DNA of 63,986 nt, filler included, from Dimargaris cristalligena (taxonomy: Eukaryota): the NCBI GenBank assembly GCA_003614675.1. It is 3 parts of 3 records of this genome, joined end to end, with 100 filler letters (N's around TTAATTAATTAA, not from the genome) between each part and the next. Parts side by side here need not be neighbours in the genome. Positions count along the whole stretch, not along the records: positions 21,456 to 42,746 come from ML002667.1; positions 42,847 to 63,986 come from ML002670.1; 1 more part is not named here. The stretch is one strand, 5' to 3'. Below, in pieces: positions 35,878-48,331 of this stretch (position 1 is its first letter; each line of letters starts with the position of its first letter). A model generated the notes under the pieces. The model was not told the origin of the DNA and made no database searches. It saw only the letters and a program-made list of their open reading frames with translations. Made by a program: the position numbers and the translations under genes.

Positions 35878-38331
35878 ATGACAGACCCCACTGCTTTGGA
35901 TCCCCCTGCCTCGTCCAGTCCCACTACTACTCGGCCCGCTTTGGCAATAATACCAGCGGTAAGGCCTCCGAAGCGGGCCACCACCACTACTGACGACGAC
36001 GACGACCTGCCTTTAAGCTCTCCTTTCACTTCCGCATCGGCCAAACGGCCATCCGTCCATTCCCTGGCAGCGCACCCGAGTCCACTCCGGTTCCCGCGGG
36101 ACGACCCCCCGCATACGGACTTGGGGGATAACCCTACCGCGATTCTCCCGGTCCCTGCGCGAACCCTGGCCGCTCCCACCGATACTCCCACCGCTGCCGC
36201 GGTCACTATGACCGCATTATTAAACGACACCGACTGCAGTCAGGGGGGACCCTGGGCGCCCCCACTGCCACCACCACTAGCAGCAGTGCCCCCTACGAAC
36301 TATGACACCGCCGCCCATGACTCGCCACCTGAAACCTTGTCTGTTGCAGCGATCGAGGCCGCTACGAGTGACCCTACTACCACCTTATCTCCGCTTGAGT
36401 CCCCTCTCATCTCGTCGGAGTTTCGGCTCTTAAGTACCGCCCCGCTTGCTGAAACTAGAACACCCCAGCCCTGTTCCGCTACCTCCATAGTTTCGCCTTC
36501 TACGCATTCCGACCCCCATTCGCTTTTAACTGCAACTCCGCCTATTAGTGAAATACTCCCTTCGACAGCTCTTCTTAATTCGTATGTGCCATTATCGGAG
36601 CCCGCACCAACGACGGAAGCAGCCCCTACAGATATCCCTCTCAGCAATTTATTGGCCGGCGTTTCCAGCGACGAGCCTTCCTCCACCAGCGCAACCAGCG
36701 ATCTAGGCGATAGTGAGCCATCCTCTGCCGCAATGGGTATTCCTTTATCAACCAGTGCCGTCATGGCCACCCTCAGGTCGTCCAAGCCGGCGCTGCCTAT
36801 ATCCACCTTAGATTCACCACACACCTCCTTGGAATCCTTGGACTACTTGCCTCAAATAGAGATCATTCCAAACCCCTCCGTGATCAACTCCATAGCGTGT
36901 GCTTTACCTTCGCTACCATCGGTGCAATCAACAACAATAGCAACAACACTATCACCGCCACCATCGTCATCACCACCACCACTACAGTCTCCAACAGCAG
37001 AGCCAGTGGCCTCGTCTGACCCCCCAGCAGCCGGACTGTCCCCATCCCAACTCCTCTCGGAGCCCACGATTCCAGTCCAGGGCACAACCACTGAGCGCCG
37101 GAGTTCGCGGATAGCACTCCGAAGCAGCAATCGACTCGCCAGTGTTAAATCCAACGCCATTTCTGGGGCCACGGTGCCCAAAACAATGGTTGCTACCACG
37201 ACGGTCACCCCTTCCGGTCGGCTGGCTAAAGCCCGGGCCCAGAAGTCTCAAGAAGGCGCATCCCCATCCGCTAAAGGTCTAGCGGGACTCACCGCGGCGG
37301 AAGTACGCAAGATCACTGCCAGTAACACCCTGTTCAATGAAAAATCGAACCAATGTCCGTTGGAATTGGTGGTGGTTTGCAAAGACATCCCCCGACCGGT
37401 TAGCCCCCCCTTGGGGGCTTCAGAATTAGAGGATGATGCCACGATTGATGAGCTGGGCCTGGACGATAACGACAACGACGACGACGGCTGGGAAGATATT
37501 GGCGCGGTTGATGAACCTGAAACGGGGGTGACCGATCACACCGACGCAGCTACAGGTGAAATAGTCGATGGTGAGGCGATGGAGGTCGATGATGACGAGA
37601 CATCCCCTACTATTCCCGCCAATGATCTGACCCCGCCCCATTCCAATGGTTCACCAACTGTCGGGGCCGGGACAAGCGATTCCCCCGCGCCTACCCTGTC
37701 GGTAGATCACCGGCGCCGGATTCGATGGAATCCTAAACTCACGGTGTTTGCTGAGACGAATACGGACGAAGAGGTGCCGGATGCCCCGACGGCCACCTTC
37801 CCCCCACTTAAATCATGCCTCAAAAATCCGGTGACACCCGCCGAATCACCGCGGATATCGAATCTCCACCCAACCCAAACCCAAACCCAAACCCAAGTCC
37901 AAGCCCCACCTTTAGCCCTGGCCTCGTCTACTTCATCCGACCCCCTTTTAGCCATCTCCCCGGAATTCGTTGTGCCTCCGTCGTTAGGCGACGGTAGCTG
38001 TAGTAGTAGCAACATCAGCCTGGATTCATCTATCCCGCCCGTCGTTCAAATCCAGCGGTTTGTGTATACCGACGACGACCTTAATGATCCCGAATTTATC
38101 GATCAGTTGATTTATCGTAATCGCGTGTATGCCCGAACCGCCCCCAGTGCCAACGGGGAGTTTCCCATACCCGTTCCCACCCCGGTGTCGGCGGGGGATC
38201 CGATGGGTAGTAGTGATACGACCGTAAATGCCCAACTGGCCCACTTTATTTTAGATGCAGCCTCTAGTATAGTCAATAATAATAGCCTGTCCGGCGCCAA
38301 ACCATCGAAGCGTAAAAAGAGACGCCGATAG
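35878..38331 (+). CDS. Large Ser/Thr/Pro-rich disordered nuclear protein with RVxF-like and SILK-like motifs
   Basis: Single ORF of about 817 aa from the ATG at 35878; islands LTAAEVRKITASNTLFNEK, RRRIRWNPKL, LKSCLK, VVQIQRFVYTDD; C-terminal NLS-like KRKKRRR. Confidence 0.8.
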   Translation: MTDPTALDPPASSSPTTTRPALAIIPAVRPPKRATTTTDDDDDLPLSSPFTSASAKRPSVHSLAAHPSPLRFPRDDPPHTDLGDNPTAILPVPARTLAAPTDTPTAAAVTMTALLNDTDCSQGGPWAPPLPPPLAAVPPTNYDTAAHDSPPETLSVAAIEAATSDPTTTLSPLESPLISSEFRLLSTAPLAETRTPQPCSATSIVSPSTHSDPHSLLTATPPISEILPSTALLNSYVPLSEPAPTTEAAPTDIPLSNLLAGVSSDEPSSTSATSDLGDSEPSSAAMGIPLSTSAVMATLRSSKPALPISTLDSPHTSLESLDYLPQIEIIPNPSVINSIACALPSLPSVQSTTIATTLSPPPSSSPPPLQSPTAEPVASSDPPAAGLSPSQLLSEPTIPVQGTTTERRSSRIALRSSNRLASVKSNAISGATVPKTMVATTTVTPSGRLAKARAQKSQEGASPSAKGLAGLTAAEVRKITASNTLFNEKSNQCPLELVVVCKDIPRPVSPPLGASELEDDATIDELGLDDNDNDDDGWEDIGAVDEPETGVTDHTDAATGEIVDGEAMEVDDDETSPTIPANDLTPPHSNGSPTVGAGTSDSPAPTLSVDHRRRIRWNPKLTVFAETNTDEEVPDAPTATFPPLKSCLKNPVTPAESPRISNLHPTQTQTQTQVQAPPLALASSTSSDPLLAISPEFVVPPSLGDGSCSSSNISLDSSIPPVVQIQRFVYTDDDLNDPEFIDQLIYRNRVYARTAPSANGEFPIPVPTPVSAGDPMGSSDTTVNAQLAHFILDAASSIVNNNSLSGAKPSKRKKRRR

Positions 38332-40048
38332 ACTTTTTATTATTATTATTAAAAATAACAATTCAATAATCGCCTTCCTTAGATCACCCAGCGTCCAACC
38401 CCTTGCCTCTTTTTCTATTCTATAGACCGGCGGTGTTATACTCTTAGTTACGATGGCTATGCCCTAATTATCCTGCAGGACTGATGGTGACATGTAGATT
38501 TTTTCCGTTTGCTATTTATAAGAATCCCTTGTTATTTTTTTTCACGCTATAAAATAAATAGAACGCTTGCTTGCATCTTGGAACTTACATTAGTTTTATT
38601 TATATAAAACTATCTTCTGAATGTCTCAGTTTCCTACACTTTTTTTGACAAATACAGTTTATATAAATGTTTGATCCACTTTTATAACTACCCCATTAAT
38701 ATAGATGAGGTTGGATGTACTGGGTACTTTCAAAAGCCGAATATAGAAATGTGATCTTTGATTGGACGACTAGTCTTGAGAAAGAAGAGTGTAATGGGGG
38801 GTCATGTAGCTGTACTCCACACCTGCGCACTCGGAAGTTAATGCTATATTCCTATGCCTTTTATCGTTTTCAAAGCGAGAGATAGAGAGAGAGTGTATGT
38901 ATGTCATGAATCAATGAAGCGCAGTCATAGTACCGAAAATAGAAGTCTTTAAATAAATGAGGCGTCGATTGAGCGTCAAGATACCCTTAGGTCAATGTTC
39001 TTTAATGGCGGAGGGAGTGAAGGGAGGGGGAGGATGTCCGTGTGCTACCACTTATTACACCTTCTCACCTAGAAATGGCCATATTTGATGCCCTTGTCTA
39101 ACCCTAATCACAAGAAGACCAGCTGGTCTTAGGCGATCCCTATGAGTATAGAATAGAGTGATTCGGGCGCCCTTTTTAAGCCAGACTAAAGACACCTCGC
39201 CGCTCATGGGGCTTCCAAGGAAGTTAACATTGTTATTATACTGCCACTGTTGGTAAGGCAACCGGCATTATATAGAAGTTGGCTATTATATGCAAGCAGC
39301 GTCGCGGCCTATTTGGAAACAAGTCGGTCACCCCGATTCATGGCTCCATAAGGCTTTTTTCACTCTCCTGTGAAAACCGAATGGTTGGTGTAACTAGTTG
39401 CCAAGGGGAGGATTCATGTTCATAATAGTAGTTGGTGTGGTGTATATGGTATATGGTATATGGAAACCATTAGACGGCCCATTTCATAGACAAAAAACCA
39501 AAAAACAAACACGCTATAATTAAATGAATATAATGCTTGATTCCACTTCACATCTTAGTGGGCGGTAAGCGGCTGTTGGGGGTACGACAATGGCTTAACT
39601 AATCACACTGCTAATATGTATACCCATTAAGTCAACTAAGTCCTCTTGTCGGATGATCACTGTTTTCGGTCAATAAGATGCAAAATGATAGGGCGGTAAA
39701 TGCAATTGTACTGTCTTGACAGTTGACATTGCCAGACTCTCCAATTGACTTGTTGTACAGTATGAAGTACAGGGACCTAACGGGACACTCATCCTTCTCA
39801 CTGTAAGTCGAAAATAGCGGATGCTGTAGTAGTATGCGAAGTATTGCTTCCAGCATTTCTATTTAATTTTAATCCATAAAAGCCAACAATTGTAGACCAG
39901 AGCGATTAGATATATATATATGCCACAGACCCTATTCGCTTAGCACCTTTATTTTATACCCTTGCTTAATTTTTATTATTTCAGTCTCGGAAACACATCG
40001 ATATCTACAAGCTAATTCTCTCATTCTCCCTTCGTTCATTTACCTACT

Positions 40049-41880
40049 ATGAAGTCGTCGGCACTTGTTCTTGGTCTGGTAGCCCTTTCATTTGTTGGGG
40101 CAATGGATTATGCTGGTAATTTGCGACCAGCAAGTGATCTTCCCCCAGTGCCGGAGCCTTCGCGGCCCGCCCCTTCGAGACCATTATTTCCCCGTACTCC
40201 CGAGAATGTGGGTCAATTATTATATATATAAACTTGTTCGCTATTTAGTTGGTCTAAACTAGGTTTTGCGCCTGTGCTTTACTGACCTGCTAATCGAGCA
40301 TGCTAATGCCACATTGAATAAAATTCAGAACACTCCATATATTGCTCATGATACTACTGCATCTGCATCCCTATATAGTATATACTAACCGTACTAGCCT
40401 CCTATATCGCCTATTATTATTGAATCCCCATGTCAACCGAACAATCCTACATCTATTCAAATACACCCCGAAACAGTTTGTTATACATTGGACCTATACA
40501 TCCAGCCGACTAAAACATATCGCAGTGGAGCAGCAGGCCTGCGACCGCCATCTCCAACTCTGGGCGCTCATTGCTCCCCTCGAAACTTGGGACATTTACT
40601 TGCGGGATGTTCGGTCCGCATTGGGCTCCATGGAAGAAGCTATCCAGCGCGGCCACATCAATGCCCAAAACCATTTAGGCCCTCCTAGTTCCAACCGACA
40701 GCTTGTAGCCGACTACACTGCGTTTATGAAGGATAACGCCGAAACTGGCCTGTTTGACTATAATAATCGCCAGGCGATCCGCCTTAGTTCCCTGGTCTGG
40801 GTTGTATTTCAAGCGGAATTCCCCCTAGCGAGTCGAGCGACGGGGAGCATGTTGGCTGATTTGATAAAATGGCTTGCTTCCGCCCACCCGAGTAACTTAT
40901 TACCGTTGTTGAACTGGGGGAGTACCGCCAGGGGGGAATTGCAAACGCATACCCTAAGATCCTATTTGAACCGGGATCGCCGGGTCTTTGAAGATATATT
41001 CGACCAGGTTATCACTATAGGTCTATGGCGTCTCTATATGCAGGCGGTACCCTCATTATTGCCATCCAACTCGCCCTTAACCGACCCCCGACCCCCCGAA
41101 CCGGTGCCGTCTACGTCACAATCGGAACCATCGTCAGCAAACCCTCCGCCAACCGACGGTCAATCTGAACCGGGGGATGTCTATTGGTCCGAAATCATGA
41201 CCTATTTCCGCCTAGTCAGTGAGTATGCCACGCAAGCCTCACGCCATTCCAGTGGTAAGGTGTACGACACCATGGGACTGGTGTACAAACACTCCCATTT
41301 TGTCGCGATTCTCGCCGCGTTGGCGAAACGAACCGACCATCTGGAAGCCCTGCTGCCCTTTTTTTACTTCAAAGACCGCTGGCTAACCGCCCAGGACCCG
41401 GACCTCCGGGATGACCTGAGCGGGTTCTTGCATAACCTCGATATGGCCGGGTTCCACGCCCCGGCGGCATTCATCCGATCCCAGTGGCCCACCCTCCTGC
41501 AACCGCCGTCGCTGACGCCGCCACCTCCCCCACCGGAACCATTTACGCTTCCCGACGGCCGACCCCTCCGGAACAAATGGGGAATGCTGCCCTACTTTAA
41601 CTCCGACTACCAATGGCTCGACGAAAATGGCGAGCTGTTTGTGACCGTTCCCGAGGCTAAACTCCGCCATCCGCAACGGGTCCTCTGGGGGGCTAAGAAC
41701 CCACCGATCCAGGAATGGAACGTCACCCCGCATGACTTTAGATTTTCGAACTTTTTTTTTGGGCAGTTGGAGGAAAACAAAAAGAAGCTTCAGGAGATGA
41801 ATCCGGTTACATCGACTCCGCGACCCCGCTTGCTTAAAAAAATGAGCAAAACATTTCTGAAGATGACTGGATTGGGTTAG
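40049..41880 (+). CDS. Putative secreted orphan protein; signal-peptide exon 40049-~40207 plus large second exon (junction uncertain)
   Basis: MKSSALVLGLVALSFVGA is a classical signal peptide. A GTGGGT donor at 40208 could join an in-frame CAG acceptor at 40474-40476. TATA-like (TA)n run at about 39910. Confidence 0.7.
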
Positions 41881-42689
41881 TTGGGGCTGGGCTGACTAAG
41901 ATGTACCCACGTAGATATCCGTGTGGTTGGTGTATAGAAGGGTATTTGAATTATACAGCGAAACCATTATCAAGGGGCACTTCTAGTCTATGATTTTTAT
42001 ATATATTTCATTAAATCTATCTATCGAAAGCACGCAAAATGCTGCAGTTTCTGTACTTCTGTCGCGCCGAGGCCCGGTGGACCGATTGGGTCGGGCATTA
42101 AGTCATTGGGGGTTAAAGCCGGGCCACTTGACGGGAGGTTCAGGTTGATTGTGAACCCAATGGGGGGATTTAAGGGTCGAAGCAGTATGGATTTTAGACA
42201 TTTGTTTGAAAGAGAAGAATATAATAAACTGGGCACAATAGTCGATGCTATAGACATAATATCTGTAAAATAGTCAATAATAATGAATTGGACAATAATA
42301 AACGACGGGAATTTAAGACATGTTTAGGCTACTTTGGACTTCACCTCGACTAAAACAACTCGCTGATAATGAACGATAAAAATAACGAGATCAGTAGGCT
42401 ACTGCGACTTCACCTCGACTGAAAATTTCGAGCTATATAACTAGCTTGTGATACAAAAATAAGACCATGGAAAAACTCGGACTGTATGTAACTTATATTG
42501 TCCTATTCTCTTCCTCAGTTCAGTATAACTTTGGGTATTTTTTATGTGAAGAATAATAAAGAATAGTAAAATTCTGGTAACTTGGAACTCTGGCATTGCT
42601 GTCTGCACTTGCCGGAACAATATTGGATGGAGTTGATGAATGAGATAAGGCTGTTGGTATTGGCATAGATCAATGGCAAATAAAACAAT

Positions 42690-42744
42690 ATATGGGTGAA
42701 GTTCAGCTTGGTTGTATAAGGTTTTAACCGATATGTGTATGGGA
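42690..42744 (+). repeat. 55-bp dispersed repeat at the end of segment 2 (copy 2)
   Basis: 52/55 identical to 21301-21355. Confidence 0.9.
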
Positions 42745-42746
42745 AA

Positions 42747-42846
42747 NNNNNNNNNNNNNNNNNNNNNNNNNNNNNNNNNNNNNNNNNNNNTTAATTAATT
42801 AANNNNNNNNNNNNNNNNNNNNNNNNNNNNNNNNNNNNNNNNNNNN
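42747..42846. other. Artificial contig linker N44-TTAATTAATTAA-N44
   Basis: Same 100-nt spacer as 21356-21455. Confidence 0.97.
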
Positions 42847-44822
42847 ACTGGGGAGGTCTGGGGAGAAAAGAGGAAGGTCGGTATTGGGCGGAAATAGTAA
42901 ACGCAGTGTCTTCTCGTGTGGACTGTGGTTGTGGTACTTAGTCGGCTATCGGGTTAGAGTCGAAAAGCGGCTGGGGGAATCACGAAGAGGGGACTGGTTC
43001 GGGGAGCTAAGAGGGGTGACTCGGGCTAGCTGCGAAAATGGTCCGGAATAATGGTGGGTCGATTTATGAGAGTAGAAGACACCAATTGAACTGAATCGAG
43101 GGGTTGGTATGATGAGAGCCAACTGACCGATAATGGATGAATGATGGGGGCGAATGAAAGTGAGAAAGCTGAAGGTAAAGAAGAAAGGTGTACTATTATT
43201 GGTGGTGAAGGCAGGAGAGATGGTCCGATAATACTGTGAGGGAGTGGCGTGCTAGGGTACTACTTGGGAACAAGGGGGCAAATAAACGGACAGCGGCAAG
43301 TGATGGCTGGACTTTAAACGTATGCACCATTTAGAAATGGCCCCACTCTCATCGTTACTGGTTTGTTACCAGTTATTCGTCTTCCAACTTGACTTCAGAA
43401 CTTTTACGCTTCCATTCACTTGATGATTCTTTGCGCTGCGGCCATTCGTCATCAAATCCGCCATATTTATCATCTGGTCTCAATTACTAATCAGCTGTAA
43501 CTCGCTACCTGCTCCTCGCTCGCTGACGCTGTTTAAACAGTGCTAGTCTTTCCACTCCCTTAATAAATCAGCCCATTTTATTTTAACATCTCCAGGCAAA
43601 CGAATTCCTGCTTCAAGTATCTTCTCTAATGTTTTCCCAGTCACCCCCGAGTATTTCCTAGTTATCAGAGTGTTCGCCAATTTTCCAGAGTTGCCATAGT
43701 TATCAGAATTCCATCTGAGTACCAATATTTCCCCGGGTTTTATTGGTATTCTAGTGTCATTTCGAGTACATTTAATACCCCATATTATACATTCCCGACT
43801 TTATTGGTCGCAAGATATCCTTCCGCCCTCCGTGCCTGTGTCTCTCCCCAGCTCATTACAAAGTTACAATCCCCCTCAGGCCATATTCCTACTAAGATTA
43901 CTGGCAAATAGTCCTTAATTTATGATACTCAAGCAGGACAATATATAATATTAATAATTGAATGTTTTTTTTGGTTTAAAGGAAGAGGGATGTTAACCAA
44001 AGGTGTCAGAATACCTAGCCGTCCTCACCGAATCCTAATATCAATTGCTTCTTGACGGAGCAACGAATCAAGGCCAGTAATATCATCAAATGAGCCCCGG
44101 TCGTGAAACCGGTACACACAAACCTCCCTTTACGAACGGCAGGTTGTCATTCCTCAACCAACTTTAGTCAACGGCTGTAAATTAATAATGGAGCAGCTTA
44201 GTTGTAGAAACTATTAACATGATCCTGTAAAGTACAGTCGATGCTGTTTATGGAGGTGCCAGGGCGGTCTTACTTTATACTTGCAGGGTGAGAACAACAA
44301 CGACAATAATGCATTTATGAGAATCGAAAGCTAAGGGTGAATTAAAGAAATTAATGGACTGATGTAAAAAAAAATCGGCTTTTTGGTTAGTTGGAACCCT
44401 TTGTAACGCAAAATAATGATTATCCAATCTATAATTCCCGTGGTGAATTTTCATTGGGCAGAAGGGGTTACACTATTGAAACTTGTTGTAGGTTGACCGC
44501 CCCAGTAACTGTGGGCAAAACCTAGACATCCAACAGTCAATAACGCTTGGTCATCAGCTACCCTTTAATATGAAATAAAAAATATATAAAAACTGCTGGG
44601 CTTAACCATGGCACTGTGTATTAGAGCAAGCGGTGGTTGCTTAAGGCCAGTCCAGCTTTTGGTACATCTCCTCTGGCTAAACGTTAGGCAGAATTACGCC
44701 CATCACCATCAATAGAAGTCTTTTAAGATTATATTTATTATCATAAGCTCAGCTACTACACATTTCACCTTGACCCATTAAAAAAAACTGGGGTGGAGGT
44801 GAATGAGTGTGGGGGCTCCATG

Positions 44823-46789
44823 TCATTGAAGTCGGGGCTTTTTATCGGAGCCTGACCCAGAAATGCTGTTGGGGTTTTGGTGTTTGGCGGGCAATTGCCC
44901 CTGGCCTATCTGGGGCCCAATTTGCTCGAGTTTAGGGTCCACCGTAATCCCCTTGGCCCGGTGAATAGCTGCGATTTGCTCTTCGATGGTCAAATTAGCC
45001 TGGGCCCGTTGTGTGGCTAGATTAATTGAAGCCGAATGGCCGTCCCAAATCACGGGTTCGGGCTTCCGGGGCGCGCCCGTCGTGTAACTATTAGGGTGGT
45101 TGGTATGGGTAGTAGCGATGGGCGCCGGCGTCGGGGCACCCGTAGCAGTCGCAGCTGAAGTTGGCTTAGAAGTGGAAGTCGATTCCAGAAGACTATTATC
45201 GCTGCGGTGTCCCGAAAGGTTCTTGAGGAGTTGTTGGACATCTTGGCCGGTAGTGACCAGGTTACTTTCCTTCTGTTTGGCTAGCGCCGCCTCCTTCTGT
45301 TCCTTCCATTTGGGATCCAGTAGTTCGATCCGCACGTGTTCGTCCATTTCGGATACGGGAATGGCTTGATGGCACCGGGGACAAATCTGGGTCGCTTCGG
45401 TGACCGTGGGCGCCGTGCGGGCCTTGGGCACGTAATTGGTTTTGATCTTCATGGGTTTGATGGGCGCCGCCAACACGGGGTCGGGCGCGGGGTACACGAA
45501 GGGCTCATCCGGCAGACCCGCCTCGGTGTCTGAGCCCTCGTCCGTATCCATGTCTACATCCATATCGTCCGACAGTTCCGCCGCCGCGGGTTCCGGTGCC
45601 GGTGCTGTACCATCACTCTTACCCCGCACGCCCGGGGCGGCCATTTCCGCGGCGTCCTGGGCCATTTTCTTTTGTGCCATGGACATGCCCTGCAAATCGG
45701 CCAGTTTGAGCGGTAACGGATGTTCCTTGAAATTATCATCGGGCCGTAGGTCCATGGTCCCAATCACTATAAAATCGTGCCAGTCAATGGCGGCAAACGC
45801 CTGGCGCTCCTGCTTCTCCTTCTCGGCCACTTTACGTTTTTCCTCCTGCACAAATGTTTCGTACTCCACCCGCTGTCGGACTCGGTCGAGGGCGTGGTAC
45901 TGGTTCTGGGCGTCCTGCTCCACATTGGCCAGCAACTCGGGGCTGGGTTGGAGGATTTTGGTATACTGATCCACAAGTTTGGTAAAGTAGCTGAACAGGC
46001 TGTGAGAGGGCCGGAGGAACGCGAACTGGTAGTTCTTTTGCTCGCGTTGGACCAGGGAGGTCATAAACTGCCGGCCGTGGACGGCCACGTACTGGGCCGT
46101 GAGTTGCAGTACGTCCAGGTCCTGGGCCGTAATCGATGGTAGGTCATAAACGAATTCGAAATTCGGTGGCTTGGGTGGGGCCACTTGGACAACTGCCTCG
46201 TCGGCCTCACCTTGATCTAATTCCCGGTTGAGTGTAGCCACGTCAGCCTGGAACCCCTCGGCCTGGGCCCCTTCGGAAGCTCCGTCTGCAATGATTTAAA
46301 GGTATATCAATAGGAGGATATTGTTATATAAGTTGGTTATCAATAAAGATACGTATACTATTAGATGGGATGGAACGACTGATTGCCCGGACAAATGTCT
46401 CCTTTTCATTATTAAATAAACCAATAATGAAACGGACGATTAATAATCTATGGATATCAAAAACCGGGTGTATACTTACCAGCCTGGCCTTGAGCTTCGC
46501 GCACTTTCAGTTGGTAATAAGCGTGGTAAGGGTCGGTTGCCGTTAGAAAGGAGAACTTGGGGGTATTGCGGTTAGTTTCCCGGAGGTGCTCTTCGAATCG
46601 GTCTCCCGATTTGGCCACAAACTTGGCCGTCTTATCCACGATATTCCGAATATCGAGCGGTGGGTAGATGATGCCCTGGATGAGGGGCTTAGAAGTGGCT
46701 GAGGTTTCCCCAGAGGTCACGTCGGTTGCTGCCAGCAAGGGATCCGGAGATGTTTCCATGGTAGTAGAGTTGGACGGGTTGTTCGACAT
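44823..46789 (-). CDS. PRP21: Splicing factor 3A subunit 1 (SF3A1/Prp21); exons 46789-46480 and 46285-44823
   Basis: SURP1 IIYPPLDIRNIVDKTAKFV..FSFL..DPYHAYY; SURP2 DLDVLQLTAQYVA..QFAFLRPSHSLF; IDWHDFIV; CPRC..EMDEHVRIELLDPKWKEQ; IWDGH. Confidence 0.96.
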
Positions 46790-47255
46790 GGTTTAAGGAA
46801 TGGGTAGCCAAAAAAGTAAAGAAGCCGACGGATCGTTTACTGATATGACTGGTGCTGCCAAAAAAAAATCGGTTCCAGAGGTGAATTGCGTAAAGGGTAA
46901 AATAGTTTACAAGTTTGGCATGGGGAGTAGCAAAATGGAATGCGAATTCTTTAATTAATTAGTAAGTCCCAGAAGGGGGTACGCTCTATGGGTTTGGGCG
47001 CAAATCGGTGACTCGGGTTGGTCTCTCCATTGTTAAGCCGAATAAACAGCCATGCGCATTTTTTAAAAAACGATTGCTGCACGCCAGACGCTTCTAATGA
47101 CTCGCGTTGTTCCACTTCATCGCGTCCGTTATTTTTTTCCGCATTTTCAGCACTACCTTGTTAACTTTTGAACGACTTCCCATTTAACTTGTTCAGTCCA
47201 TTTTGTCCCATTCCACCTCCCCCTCTAACATTTAAACTACCCCCATTTCCAAACC

Positions 47256-48331
47256 ATGGCCGATCGCTGGGTATCAAATACCAAGTACTGGTGTAAATAC
47301 TGCCGGATATTCGTTGACGAAAACAAAGCGGTGGGTTACTAGCCTGTTTTCCAATACATTCGACTGTATACCTCATTTTCTTTTGGAACCCGCCAAACCA
47401 TGTAGTTCTATTGCCTAATTATTTATATAGCCCCCTTTTTATACTACTTTATGGATTACATACACCATTTCGTACCTTTTAGAGCCGTGCCATCCACGAA
47501 GGTGGTAAGAAACACAAGGAAAATGTAGCCCAGTTTTTGCGCAATGTCGATAAGAAATCACAGGCCGAGCTTCTTGTAGAAAAGGAAACTGTCAAACAGC
47601 TCGAGTTAATTGAGAAGGTAACCCCCATGGCAATACTGGCCGTTATAATTCCATCATTAACCACACCGGACTGTCACTCCTCCTCACCAATACTAAAATC
47701 TCCTCTATATGTTTCGAACGGACACTAATCCAACCACATACACCCCCTCTTTTGCCACCTTATTCGAACCTGGGTTTAAATTCTCTAACTCCAGGCCGCC
47801 CAAAACCAATATTCGAGTGATGTGCGCGAATACAGCCTTCCCTCTGCTCCTCAGTCAAGCTTTAGTTATCCTCAACGGTCGTCCCAGTTTGGTCGTCCGA
47901 GCCAGCCCCCACCCGCCCGACCTAAAGCACCTGCATCCGCCGCGGTACCCGAACCAGTTATCATCGAGAAGACCGCGGTAGAGTCCGTCACTCCAGGGGC
48001 GTGGGAGGTTGTCGAGACAAGCCCTCTCCCACCACCATCAGCCAGCCGCCGCTCAAAATTATCCACCGAGTCTTCGCATAACCGATCGGTCGCCGATGAG
48101 TCGAAACCATCGGGTATTCATGGCGGTCATGGCAACGGCGACGAAGCTGATGATGATGATGACGAGAACCCCGAATATCTCCATAACTTCAAAGTCCGTG
48201 AGAAGACCCTCGACGAGCTTGAGCCGCCCCGCAAACCATCACAAGAAGGATCGAGTACCTCAAGTGGATTTAAAAAGCGTAAATCAGGGGGAGCTGCTAA
48301 ACACCGCAATATCCGCACCAAAACGGGCTAA
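47256..48331 (+). CDS. WBP4: WBP4/FBP21-like U1-type (matrin) zinc-finger spliceosomal protein; exons 47256-47330, 47483-47617, 47795-48331
   Basis: MADRWVSNTKYWCKYCRIFVDENKA|SRAIHEGGKKHKENV matches the FBP21 N-terminal zinc finger; PGAWEVV, FKVREKT and FKKRK..RNIR in the C-terminus. No WW domain seen. Confidence 0.8.

Noticed and set aside
37873..37896. (CCAAAC)n hexamer resembling a telomere-like repeat
   Set aside because: It lies in frame within the CDS and encodes a QTQTQT low-complexity run.
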